A DNA stretch of 64,000 bases from Mobula hypostoma (GCF_963921235.1 NC_086097.1:33854001-33918000), one strand, 5' to 3'; shown: positions 26,209-38,994, numbered from the stretch's first letter. A program made the numbers and translations. Notes: generated by a model not told the origin, from the letters alone.

Positions 26209-26991
26209 TGAAACCTCTTTTTATTGGGCATCTCTAGGAATACGGCTTGTTAGCCCCTCACTAACAAGCCAATGGGCTAGCAGTGAGAATACCACCTTCC
26301 TCGAACTCCGTATGTCTAGGGTCAATATGACTTGTGTCCCTCCAGACCAGGAGAGCCCAGATGTTTCAACCACCCGCACCCCAATCTGAGTGAACACTGC
26401 GTAAAAGCTGCCCACTTGCAATTATCCTTTAGCAAGAAGTAATAGATCGCACACTGCCTACAATTATAAGAAAGGTGTATTTACGAATGTCACTTAATCA
26501 AACAGTTGTAAAATAAGAAAAAAAAGAGAAAAATAAATAAAAGGGCGTGTTATAATTAAAACAATCAAATGTGCACAAGTTGGAGCTCAAATCTCCCAAA
26601 AGATGGAGGTGTCCTTGTATTCATGGCATCAACTCCTACTCACTGATCACCGATAGAATATTCCATCTTGGACTCCATCAAATCGCACATCCTGGTTGGA
26701 TCGAATCCTACCGGCGGACCTCTCGATCTTCTTCTGTCTCCACCTCCCGCCAAAAAGGACCTCAAACCCTGTAAGTGTCTGTCACAAAACCTCTCCTCCA
26801 AGTTTTCTCTAGAACCTTCTCCCAATTCCACCATCCTGATTGGCTGACCCGACGTTCCTAAGCTGGATATCACAACCTCTTATCTTCAACGGTAACCCAA
26901 ACCCGACCAGCAGAACACACTGCTTCTACAGACAACTATTAAGTGAAATACCCTACAGCATTTGCAGTGAAAGCTTAACCAGGGCGTTATA
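26209..26991 (-). mobile_element. Solo LTR (Gypsy-like)
   Basis: Minus strand TATAACGCCCTGGTTAAG...GAGGTTTCA; 4-bp TSD TACA/TACG; homologous at both ends to 32677-33639. Confidence 0.7.
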
Positions 26992-28848
26992 TACGATTCA
27001 CTGAACAGGATGTAAAGCTTCTGTTGATTTCAACAAGAATGTGCCATAAAAGACACCTCTTTATGGGGAGGATGTTATGGTGAGGCAGAACAATCAGCAC
27101 CTGGTGATCGGCTGAAACCAATCCCAGGCTGACTTTCAGTGATCGGTCGTTGTCCAATTGTTCTGCGGCAAACCATTTAAATAGCTGTACTGGGGGTGGG
27201 GGGTATGAGCTTGAACTGAGTTTTGAAACTGGTGTAGTTTTGCTGAATAAAGGGGTATTTTGAATTCCAGTTTGTTCTATTGTCTGGCTTGTGGTCTCAC
27301 CAGTAGTCGTAGGTGAGCAAACACAACAGAGGGCAGCGAGGAAAGGGTGTGGAGCTGATGGAGTATTGATGGGGAAGGCAGTACCTTCCCCAGCGGTGCA
27401 CAGGAGGCACAAAAGTAGGTGTGCATTCTTGTGGGATGCAGTGTTTATCATGAAAGGGACTGAGAAAGACAAAGACACCTCCATCAAGCCTACTCTTTCA
27501 TTCAGGCAATAGCTCTGGCTGGGGTTGCAGTTTATAAAACGAGCTGAACAGGCAGTGCAAAACATGAACACAGATGTCACACTTCAGTGAAATCTACATG
27601 ATATGCAAATCACGTTATATCGATTCGCATCAACAAATGATAAAATTAGTAAAGGAGATTATTCCCCAGGGGCAGACCTGTAGGGTTCAAATGACATTTA
27701 AATGCAAAACTAACTCAGAAAGGCTCAGTCGGTTGGATTCCCACGCTCAAAGGCATAAACACCATTTTCTGTTTGAGAAAACGGCAGCCAGTGTGTTTGG
27801 GAAGATGCAGTGTCTGTGGAAGGACTCTTGTGTTGTTGCAAGCATGAGTGATTAGTTACAGGGTGAGCTATTAACCGAACGTTTCTTCTCAACTAAGCAG
27901 CCATGCTTGGTAAGACATTGTATCATACCACATGGCACACATAGTTCTTAACACTGACACATTGAAATTATGAATAAGCGCTATCTACATGTCCCTTCAT
28001 TCCTTTTCCGTCCTTCCATACAATCATGGCTGATGAACCAAATCCAATATCATTTTTTTTCTTTTTGCCAATACCCATTGACTTCTCAGCCATTAGGGTT
28101 TTATTCCTTTTTGAATAGCTTTACTGATTTTGCCACGACCACGAGCAGAATTCCACATGTCACTACCCTTTGAATCAAGACATTGCTCCTTGTCTCAATT
28201 CTAAATTGCTGAACCCTATGTAGTAACGCCAGGATCTGGTCGGTCTCCATTGAGAACCTGTTTTGTCCATTTATCAGTCCAGTTCTGCCAAGATTCAGTA
28301 AGTTTCTAATCTGAATTGTTCCAATCTGTCTTCAGATGTCAGCTCTACACCCCAGGCATAAGCCTTGCTGTATTTCCTCTGTGGCAAGAACATGCTTTCT
28401 TGGATAAGGAGACCAGAATTCTGAGCAGTACTCAAGGGGTTGTCTCACTGGGGCTTTGCACAATTGCAGCAAGACATCCGTGGTCCTGCATTCGAACCCT
28501 TCAGCCATGAAGGCCAATACACCATTTGATTTTTTAACTACCTGTTGTACCTGCACACTTATTTATATCAATTTGTGCTCAAGGGCACTCAAGTCTTGCT
28601 GCATCTTCCCCTTCTTGCCATTCAGATAGTTATCTGAATTCCAGGTTTTGCCACCAAAGTATATAACTTGTTTTTTACCCATATGATACTACATCTGCCA
28701 TGTATTTTTCTACTGACTTAATTTGTCCAAATCTCACTGGACCTTTGCTGCATCCTCTCAAAGTTCACAATCTCCTCAGCTTTCGGTTGTCTGCAAACTT
28801 GGAGATGCTACATTCAGTGTCATCAACTAAATTAACATATATTGTGAA

Positions 28849-29002
28849 CAAGAGAAAATCTGCAGATGCTGGAAATCCGAGCAACCCACACCAAATGCTG
28901 GAGGAACTCAGCAGGCCAGGCAGCATCTATGAAAAAATGACAGTCAACTGACTGTCTTTTTGACTCTTCTTTCCAAAGATGCTGCCTGTGTGTGCTGTTA
29001 AT
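28849..29002. mobile_element. Miniature fold-back Penelope-derived insertion
   Basis: Penelope terminus followed by its partial inverse; 12-bp TSD ATATATTGTGAA (28837-28848, 29003-29014). Confidence 0.75.
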
Positions 29003-29149
29003 ATATATTGTGAATAGTCAGAATGTAAGCACTTAAACTATATTGTATCCCACTAATCATCCCAGCCTGTCACTCGGGGAAGGGCTCATTATAGTGGTTT
29101 ACTTTCAAAGCCACGTGCTTTCATTTTGCTGTCTAATCTCTTATGTGGG

Positions 29150-29945
29150 ACCTTCCCGCCCCACTTATCTCCCTCCTGGCATTTATCCCTGCAGGCATGA
29201 GAAATGCTACACCTTTCCTTTCATCTCCCCCCTCTCCTCCATTCAGGTCCCCAAACAGTTCTTCCAGGTGAGGCAACACTTTACTTGTGAATCTGTTGGG
29301 CTCGTCTATTGTATCCAGTACTCCTAATGCGGCCTGGTCTACATTGGTGAGACCCGGCATAAATTGGGGACGGCTTTGTCAACCTTTTTGATTCCTCTCC
29401 CCGTGCTCATTCTGACATGTCAGTCCGTGGCCTCCTCTTCTGCCATGATGAGGCCTCCCTCAGGGTGGAGGAACAACACCTCATATTCCATCTAGGTAGC
29501 CTCTAACCTGATGACATGAACATTGATTTCTCCTTTTGGTAATTTTTTTCCTTTTTTTTCTTTTCCCCTCTCCCTGTCTCTTCTTCTATTCCCCTCTCTG
29601 GCCTCTTACCTCTTCTCACCGACCTATCACCTACCCCTGGTGCCCCTCCTTCTTCCCTTTCTCCTATGGTCCACTGTCCTTTCCTATCAGATTCCTTCTT
29701 CTCCAGCCCTTTACTTTTCCCACACACTTGGCTTCACCTGTCACCTTCCAGCTTACCCTCCTTCCCCTCCTCCCACCTTTCTATTCTGGCATCTTCCTCC
29801 TCCCTTTTCGATCCTGATGAAGGTCCTCAGCCCGAAACATCAACTATTTATTCATTTCCATAGATGCTGCCTGACCTGCTGAGTCCCCCAGCATTTTGTG
29901 TGTGTTGCTCTTGATTTCCAGCAACTGCAGAATCTCTTGTGTTTA
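29150..29945 (+). mobile_element. Penelope-like element: GIY-YIG endonuclease remnant and 3' terminus
   Basis: PGIYPCRHEKCYT...VRQHFTCESVGLVYCIQYS*CGLVYIGET (GIY-YIG with Cys motifs); CTGATGA...CGAAAC hammerhead core at ~29810-29848. Confidence 0.9.
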
Positions 29946-30224
29946 TGTGGGACTTTGTTGAAATCTTCTGAAAGTTCAAATGCACTATATCCACTGGTAA
30001 TCCCTCACCTGTTCTACTAATCATATCCTTGAAATAACACCAGTATCTTTAACAAGTATGATTTCATTTATCCATGCTGACTTTGTTTCATCCTATCAAT
30101 TTTCCAAATACTCTACTGATACACTTCTAATAATGAACAGTAGCATTTTTGCACCACTGATGACTACTAACCAGTCTATTTTCTTCCTCCCTTGTTTTCC
30201 TAAAGGTAGGTCTAGATTGATTCC

Positions 30225-30792
30225 TTTAGGGGCTGGTAGTGGGGATAATCTCACTCTACCTATTAAATGCTCCCAGTGGCAACTGTCTCAAATATCCTCT
30301 GACAACCAAGTCCAGCTCCTGGCTTCATGTGTAGCTTAGCTGTTAAGTCTGACAATTCTGTTTCTATTGACAGGAGAAGGGACCAAGGCAGGTTACTAGT
30401 GCCTTGAAACCAGTCGCTTTGGGCAGATGGATCTCATCAGCTACATTTGGCAGCTCATTCTAAGAGAAGGAAAACTCTGATCTCCAATCTTTGCTGCCTT
30501 GTGGCTATACCCACTCATGGGGCAGGCTTTGGGAGTAAACTCTGAGAAGAAAGCTAGAGTCTCTAAGGCAGTCCTACATTGAGTTCAATGCTGACGGGCA
30601 ACACTTGCGATGCTGCCGGTGCCGAACTGTATCGGTCTCTGCCTTTCCTTTGGATTCATCAGCTGCATGGAGAGGGAGAGCCTGCCGTATGGGCAACAGT
30701 TTGTTCTCTATATCTTGCTACCCTGGCTTGCGTATCACATTGACAGCTGGGATGCAACATCCATGGTTGACCTCTATCAACAGAAGGGACCT
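30225..30792 (+). mobile_element. Non-autonomous RTE-related element
   Basis: GAGAAGGAAAACTCTGA motif, recalled as typical of RTE 5' UTRs; the 3' third is homologous to the tail of the SINE at 2965-3275. Confidence 0.55.
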
Positions 30793-31824
30793 CCCAATCA
30801 AAAGGAACAGATCCAAAGTCTAAAAGAATGTTGAAAAAGGATCACCAAAGATATTTTTTACAATTATCGGTGTTAGGAGGTGGGGGGAGGTGATGGGGTG
30901 ATGTTTGCATTCTTAGAAAACAGTCCTATTATGACTCTCTGTACTTGGCGACTTTTTTTGCCATGGACTTGTTAGGGTGCATTCACCAGTTACCTTATAA
31001 GGTATCTGGAGAATGTACCCTAACAGGTGTATGTAAAAAGACAAGGCATAAATTCCGCGAGAATGAGAATTATTCCATATCTCAAATTTTCAGGTGGTGA
31101 TCTGTGTAAGGGCAAATTTCTGTTACCAAACTGTTTGTAATGTGGGAATAACTACAGTACCTTTCTTCCCCTTTGAAAAAGATACAAGCTCCAACTAATT
31201 ACACATCTGAAATTATAGCACAGGCTAAATATTTACGTATGTATATACAGTTATCATCTCAATCAATCTATTGTCTTTTTGGCCCCTGTGATCTTCTTTT
31301 CGAAAGTATACTGGTCACTCGTGAAGTTCCTACACAAGACACCCTCAGTGCTAGTGGATCACCTCCCGACAGGCTGTGTTGTGTCTACGTGCCTCCTGAC
31401 CAGTGAAGCTGTACCATAGAACTGTCCTGTAACTTCAGATCATGCTTATCCCGTACCTGCTGTTCTCAGTTACCACCTTCCAGGGATTATGTCCGCATTC
31501 TGATTGATTTGCTTTGCACATCTTTGTCTCATGGTCTCTAACTCCCATAGCTTACAAAATCTCCGCATGTGTCCATTTTGCCAATCCCCCCCTTCCATGC
31601 CAATTCTCCCATTTCATGGTGCTTGAGGATTCTCGAAGTGTTTCCCATTTGAAGCTATTCCTACTGACATCACATCACGCCTGGATCCCTTTTCCCACCA
31701 ACTGTCCTTCCAAGTTAGGCTGCACCAAGCTCAGTGGAGATGATACATTGGCATCCCTGCCAGGGAATAGGAATGCCCCGTGAGGGACGTAGAGGTGCTC
31801 CTATCCATATGTAGAAACATTGCA

Positions 31825-32135
31825 TGGTAGTGTAGCAGTTGGTGCAATCGCTTTACAACGCCAGTGATCATCGTCCAGGCTTTCATTCCTGCCACTGTCT
31901 GTAAGGAGTTTGTATGGTCTCCCCTTGACCACATGGGTTTCCTACGGGCACCACAGTTTCCTCCCACATTCCAAAACATACCTCTAGGGATAGCAAGTTG
32001 CGGGTACGCTATGTTGGCGCCAGAAGCATGGCGACATTTGCAGGCTGCCCCCAGCACAATTCTTACTGATTTGATTTGACGCAGATTCATTCCACTCTAT
32101 GTTTTGATGTACATATGACAAATACAACTAATTCA
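31825..32135 (+). mobile_element. V-SINE
   Basis: GGAGTTTGTATG-TCTCCCC-TGACCACATGGGTTTCC...TTTCCTCCCACATTCCAAA. Confidence 0.8.
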
Positions 32136-32160
32136 ATGCAAACTAATTATTCTTTGGAAC

Positions 32161-32417
32161 TATGTGCTATAAGCTGGCGGCAAAGAAATGTTCCCAGAAA
32201 GGATACATGGCTGTAGCAGCAGGTCTGGGTAAGCACGTGGTCAAGGAGTTGGAGAGCAGCAGGGATCACAGTGGGGGGAGCAGTGAGTCGTGTCAAACGG
32301 TTTTGGTCCAAAATGTTGACCATATTTTTTTTCCATAAATAGTGCCTGTCCTGCTGAGTTCCTCCAGCATTTTGTGTGTGTTGCTCAGATTTCCAGCATC
32401 TGCAGATTTTCTCTTGT
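32161..32417 (+). mobile_element. Chimeric insertion: unidentified ~135 bp plus Penelope terminus
   Basis: 14-bp TSD TTATTCTTTGGAAC at 32147-32160 and 32418-32431; the Penelope end occupies ~32297-32417. Confidence 0.7.
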
Positions 32418-32676
32418 TTATTCTTTGGAACCATTATCCCCAGTACTGATGTCAGGCCAATATTAGCTTTCCTTCACAATGGCAACTGATCTTCAGCCTC
32501 CCCATAGATGTTGCATGGTCAGGGGATTTTAAACAAAGCAGGATCCTACTGGCGACAGTCTGTGCTAACCATAACAGTGGGGCATTATTGTAAGGTGATT
32601 CTTTAGGAAGGCCAGAAAATCTGATCTCAAAGTCTCTACGGTCTGCTCTATATATTTCTGCAGTCCAAATAACAAA

Positions 32677-33639
32677 TGCAAAGCCTGGTTAAGATTTCTA
32701 CTGCTATGCTGTGGGATAGTTTATATCAGTAGTTTTCTGTAAAAACAGTGTGCCATGCTGGAAAGTGTGTTTTGGCTTCAGCTAAGATAAGGAGCCATGT
32801 TGTCCAACTCAGGAATGTGTGTCAGCCAATCAGGATCATGGGGTGTCAGAGAAGGTCCTAGAGGGCTGTGGGGAAGAGCTTTCTGAAGGACAGTAGTCTG
32901 GTTTGGGGTCTTTTTGGCAGGAGCTGCAGAGTGAGGCACACGGGAAAGAATATGGCGAGAAGGCAGGTGTGTGGGGTTGAGTGGGATCTGGGATCAGTCA
33001 TGATGGAATGGCGGAGCAGACTTGGGCTGAATAGCCTAATTCTGAGCCTATGTCTTATGGTCTTATAGTCTTTAGTGGAGATGCCACAGAATGCTGCTGG
33101 ACAAAGCGTCCCTGTTGCAAGAATTGCTTTGTGCAGATGAATGGCTCCAAGGAGGAAGGGCCAATACTCCTGAAAGAGAGCCAGTTGTTCGAGAAGGTCT
33201 TTGAGGAGAGTTCAGAATGTGTGGGTGCTTTCACGCAGACCGTGGCTCCAGCATGTAGAGATACACCCCCAAATACTCCAGTATGAGCTCCAAGGTTATG
33301 TGCACATTGGACTGGTTTAACTGTAATGGTTTAACTTTTCTTTTCTTTTTCCTATTAACTCTTTCATAAAGCTGAAATCGGTAAATATACTTCTTTTATA
33401 ATTTTATGTGGTGTCTGATCTGCTGTTTCATGCCAACCAATAATTGTGTACGGGCAGTATTTACAGTGCATTGGCTCAAATCGAGGTTTCTTTAATTGGA
33501 ACACCCCAACTTTCCTGTTTGGTTGACCTTAGACATATATTGCTTATGAAAGGTGGCCTTCTCACTGCTGAGTCACGAGGCTGTTAGCAGAGTTAGCTTT
33601 CGAGCCAAGTTTGCGTATGAGCCCGGTGAGGGGGTTACA
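32677..33639 (+). mobile_element. Solo LTR (same family as 26209-26991) containing a CR1 3' tail
   Basis: TGCAAAGCCTGGTTAAG...GGGGTTACA; TSD CAAA/CAAG; CR1 tail at ~32960-33068. Confidence 0.7.
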
Positions 33640-34911
33640 CAAGGTTTTGAATCAGTTCAACCAGCCAAAAGGAGGAAATGTTTTCCAGCTTCAATCTGAA
33701 CTGGAAAACATTTCAGCATGTACCCTGTGGGAGGGGTGATCCTTTCTTACACTAGAGTTGTTTACAACTGTGGAGTGCAGACCTGATGCACTGAACAGGA
33801 CCTCTCCAAATGTTCCTGACCAATTATAGGATGCTGAAGACAGCTGTGGACACAGCCTTCAAGTGAGAGATTATCCTGTGCTGAGCATGGAAATCTTGCT
33901 GTTGCCTCATTGCAGAAAATCTTAACTCCCCACTTACATTCACCTCCGGTTCAGTCGATCCCAACTGGCTGTCTCAACAGGCTGTATTGGGGAATATCTT
34001 TATGGGTGTGCATCATCAACAACTTGTGGCTTAGAATTCTCCAGTTCTGAATCAGTTGTTGCCTCCTCATAACACAATGAGGAGAACCTACTCATAGTGG
34101 CATTCTCAACAGAGGAGTGTAGAGGTGACGACAGCTTACCCTCACATTTAACAGTTACCAAGCTGACAGTCTTGGTCCATAATCAGAGTGAAACACCTGC
34201 CAATTCAACAACTTCTGAAATCAAATAACCCTTTTCTTTAAGCTGCACATGCTGGAGGTGGGGGTGTGGGGAGCACATGAAATGAACAGCTCATTGCCTG
34301 ATTATGGTCTATGGGTAACAACAGTACCCAGCTCATTGTTAAGGGTATCATAACTGGAGATGACAAAACCTCCTGGAAGTTGCCCCTCATGCCACACACC
34401 GTCCTGACTTGGAAATATATCGCTGTTCCTTCTCTGATGCTGGGTCAAAATCTTCAAACTCTCTCCCTAACGGATCGTAGGTACTTTTGCACCTCAGTGA
34501 CTGGAACACACACAAGGGGGAAGAAGCCAGAATAAGGATGTGGGGGAGGGGGAAGGAGTACAAGCTGGCAGGTGAAGGTTTGTGGGAAGGAGTCTTACTT
34601 CTTCCTCAGATTGCTTGTGTTTCACAGGAAATGCAAGCTGAGAATGAGCACGGTCTTGTATCCCTTTCAAATTATTGCATCAAAGGAAAAACTTTGGCTT
34701 TGAAGTGAAGAGGAATGGAGAGCATATAAAACCTATGGAGCAAAGCTTAGTGGTGAACTTTCCCTTGTCCATTATGACTTCTGGAAGTGATTATCATTGC
34801 CACAATTATATTTTTACTCTTTATTCAAGGGATATGGGTTCACAGGCTGAGCCAGGATTTAGTTGCCCATCCCCTAATCGGCTTCTTGGGCCACTGCAGT
34901 CACTGAGGAAT

Positions 34912-35025
34912 TCTCTTCCTTTCCAGTCCTGATGAAGGGTCTTATCCTGGAATATTGACCGTATACTCTTTTCCGCAGATGCTGCCTGGCCTGCTGAGCT
35001 CCTCCAGCATTTTGTGTGTGTTACT
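34912..35025 (+). mobile_element. Penelope terminus fragment
   Basis: CAGTCCTGATGAAGGGTC...GATGCTGCCTGGCCTGCTGAG...CATTTTGTGTGTGTT. Confidence 0.75.
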
Positions 35026-36999
35026 CCTTAACATCATTTGGTCATCTCATATCCGACGCAGCCCTCACTTTCTCTCAGATAGTTCTCTCCCTATTCTTGT
35101 TCCCTATTCGTGTCAGCTTTGGGCTGTATAAATATCTGACCCAGCACCTTGCTGTATTGGTGAGATCATCATCCTGAATACATAGACAGCTCAAGACCAG
35201 TTGCAGCATTTCATCCACCAGTAACAGTAAAAGGGGCTGGTTTAATCTCAGATCCTGGCAAGGTGTATGCATTTCAGCCCTCATTCATATGCATCGTCAG
35301 GTAGCTTTGATTCTCAAAGCTCGCAGTCATGTTTGCTTAGACATGAGGGAACTGAAGCTTGCTACAGAGTCAAGAGGCAACCCGGCCCACCAATACATTT
35401 TGTGAGGGTGGCAGTGGACACGGCTCATCATCAGCAATTTTGTTTATGATTACTTAGTATTCTTCTCATAATCGTGTGCACACAGTATTTTAGGGTTTGG
35501 TTTGCTGAATTGGTAGCTAGCAAACAGACCTTTGATTCCCAGTGTTTCAAATCCCAGCACATCAGATGGGGAATTTTAACAAACTAAATGCAGATTATTT
35601 TCAAAAAGCTGGTTTCAGCAACAGGATTCATGAAATTACAGGATAGATGTTTAAAAATAATCCAGATCTGGCATGTGTGTCTTTCCAGATCCACCAATGT
35701 AATTGAGTCCCACCTGCCTCCTCAGACCTTGCAGTGGCTGTCAGAGATGGATAATAATTACTGGCATTGCCAGTGACATCCACACCCTGTGAATGCCTGC
35801 AGTAAATCATCTTCCTTTGGCGTCATCGATGGGATTGCTCATTCCCTGCCTTGCTTCCTCGTTAACACCCCATTCTGCTCTAAAGTTTGCAGTTCCTTCC
35901 AGCCTGTGGCTGAGAGGAATGGGGAACTGATCCCAACTAATAATAGAGGGTTTGACACCAGATGAATGTGAATGGATAGCACGGCGTAGGCAGTGAAGAG
36001 ATGCAGAAATTGAACCGCATTCAAAGCCAGCAATTCCATCCTGTAATCCAGAGATGTGTTTGAATCCCACCAGGACACTTGGATCCCTGCCTAGTTGAAT
36101 TACAGTGCCTGGAGACAGTCTTTCCACATATGTACTAGCCATTTTACAATCACTGGTAACTTTCCCTCTATGTCCTTGTAAGGAAAATGCATGACATTTC
36201 CCTGCAAATCTGCAAGACTACCCTGCAGTAAGCACCGAATGGCGCTAAGGTTATGCAATAGACAGTCTGGAACAATGGTCCACATGCAAACTATCAACAA
36301 GAGAGCCTTGCTAACTTCCATTTGCAATGGACAAAGTAACCCAATACATTTTGTTAGGAACTATCAGCATAAAGAAATTAAAGGGTTCTAAGTTGACCCC
36401 TTTAATGGGGTATGGGCCCTGATGGAGGGCCGCAGCCCAAAATTTTCCCTGTTTATTCCTCTCCAAAGATGCTGAGTTGCTCCAGGATTGTGTGTCTGTA
36501 ACACTGAATTTGCAAAATCTCTTATGTTTACAGTTCCAAAATGAAGATAACAATAGAGAAAGATGGGGCTGTACGTGCACTAAATCTTGAAGAGGGCAGG
36601 ATAAGAGGGCAATCCTAAAAAATGCAACTGTACCTCTTCCTATAGATGCTGCCTGGCCTGCTGCGTTCACCAGCAACTTTTTGCGTGTGTTGATTGAACC
36701 TTTTTAAAGACTAGTTTGGCCGTGTCCTCACACGCTGTGAAGGCATGCAAGTGACTTTAGTTCATAAAGAGCGCACAAAGACATTTGGACAAAGTGGTGT
36801 TAAATGAAGCATTGCTCATCATGTAACACCACATCACAGTCACCCTAAATGGCAGTGAGAATCTATTCTTGAACCAATGAGGAACGCAGATGTACAGTTC
36901 ATTATCTAGCTGTGCATTCACAGGAAGAAGTACTAGGTTCTGCGAGGAAAGTGTAGCAAAGACAGTACAGGCCGAGTATCTCTCTGATTCAGGTGCTGA

Positions 37000-37310
37000 A
37001 AGGAAGGTTTACATTCAAATAGCATCGTACAGGCCAAACATTTTGCAGAATTTCCTGGTCCATGGCCACTGCTGTAATTTAAGAGTAGGTGCAGTCAATC
37101 TGCGCACACATGGTCTTGCAGACAGCAGTGGGGCAGCCAGAAAACCTGGGGGTTAAATACTTGTCAGGATATCTTTAAGTTAATGCTACACCATGTTTTG
37201 TTTTCACCTGAAAGAGCAGATGGGGCTGTGGTTTAGTGTCTTATTTAAACGGTGGAACGCATGACAGTACAGCTGTCCATTAATGCTGGTTCAAAGTGTT
37301 AGCCAGTATT
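37000..37310 (-). mobile_element. Ancient Deu-SINE remnant
   Basis: Reverse complement of the Deu domain (GCAGTCAATCTGCGCACA...TCTTGCAGACAGCA; CACCTGA-AGAGCAGATGGGGCT-TGGTTTA). Confidence 0.6.
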
Positions 37311-37317
37311 CCTAGAA

Positions 37318-37632
37318 TCATAAGACCATAAGAGGTGTAGGAGTAGAATTAGGCAATTTGGCCCATCAAGTCTGGTCCACCATTCAATTATGGCTGATAT
37401 TTTTCAGCCTCATCCCACCTTCTCCTCGTAACCCTTAATTCCCTTACCAATCAAGAAATCATCAGTCTCTTCCTTAAACACACACAATGATTTGGCCTCC
37501 ACGTTCCAGATGCAGCAGGCCCTGGCTGAAGAAATTCCTCCTTTTGAAGGAACATCCCCTTAATCTGAGGCTGCGACTTCAGATCTTAAACCCACTTATT
37601 CATGGAACCATCCATATCCAATCCATCTAGGC
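37318..37632 (-). mobile_element. CR1 3' end
   Basis: (ATGGTCTT)n tail and the RRNFF region. Confidence 0.75.
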
Positions 37633-38942
37633 CTATCATAGCATCGTAGGGCCATGCTTCACTGAAACAGACATCAAAATCTGTACCATTACAAATAATC
37701 GATTTACACTAATCAATACTCTCATCCCCTCCCTCCAGACTTACCTCTCCCCTACATACTAGGGGAAAGTTTCAGTGTCTATTTAACCCATTAACCTGCA
37801 CACATTTGTAACCCAAATAGAAACCAGAACACCTAGAAAATATCCCCGCAGTCACAGGCAGTGCAGAAAGTCCATACGGTCGACACTGTAGGTTGGAACA
37901 GAAGCTGAACTGCTGAAGTTATGAGGCAGCGGACTACTGGCTGTGCCACTGTATCTCAACAACGGTTCAGAGAGCCTCATCTGCCTGGGCCATGAACTCA
38001 ATGAGCCCAGATAGTGACAGCCTTATAGCAACGCATCATAGGCTTGTCTCTGGGTATCAAAAGCATACCGCTTTTACAGATGTCCATAAGTTTACCATCC
38101 ATCAGTCAGAAGATACACAAAAATCACTCAATATGATCCCTGTACTTCCACAGTATCCTAATGAATGGTATCAAAAGCACAAAAGACTGGTAAGAAAGTG
38201 GAGAGAGAGAGAGAGCGAGAGAGAGAGTAAGAAACTTGTTCTGCAGTTTGTAGAAATGAATGTATGTACATCAGACTTCTAACTTTAATGATATCACGAG
38301 AGCTTGGTTGTGTGCAAGGATGTCTGTCAGTTGGGTGTTCTTTACCCAGAGATAGCCTGTATGCAGCCATCTCCCACAGGATTTTCACTTTATCTTTATT
38401 GGTTAAATCCCAAGACCACCCCACTTGGAGAATGGCAATAGAAATGTGCTGGGAAACACATGCTGATCATTGCCACGACAAAGTGATACCCTTTGAGGAT
38501 GAATGCTGGCAATTGTCGCTCCTGCTTTGCATCATGGCTTCATTCTGCACGAATGATACTTATAAAAGCAAGAAGCTGTACAGCTTTGAAGGAAGGAGTT
38601 GCATTGGAGTTTGGGCAGTGCCATCAGAATGGTGTATGGCACTGCCCAAAGGTTTTTATGACCTGGACTTTTCTCATAACTGTCAGCAAGCCTAGAAATT
38701 TTGCACTCATGAAGCCAAATGCAGACGTCCCAAGCCCATCATTGGTTGGAGGTAGAGATTTCAATAAAATCAGTTGCTGAACATGCATTCCAGTAGTGGA
38801 ATTTTGTATTGCCGAGACCCCCCCCCCCAGTATAAATGTTGGGGAAATCACCTTCCAGGTTCTGTACCCAATTAGACAAGTATGATCCCATTAATTTCAG
38901 CAGAGACCGAAAACCTGAAGAAGGCAGGTAAGGTGTAGGTAA

Positions 38943-38994
38943 TCTATCTATCTATCTATCTATCTATCTATTTATTTATTTATTTATTTATTTA
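38943..38994. repeat. Compound microsatellite (TCTA)n(TTTA)n
   Basis: Directly visible. Confidence 0.95.

Larger units (their letters stand above)
28000..30190 (-). mobile_element. Old CR1 LINE interrupted by two Penelope insertions
   Basis: QVQQVVKK-NG-LAF...VR-PLEYC--FWSPY; the element resumes at ~29015 and ~29950. Confidence 0.7.

Noticed and set aside
26987..27580. 197-aa minus-strand ORF
   Set aside because: No domain or family similarity recognised; intronic, and overlaps an LTR edge.
26209..33639. Single provirus bounded by two LTRs
   Set aside because: The LTRs are inverted and diverged, have separate TSDs, and enclose no gag-pol.
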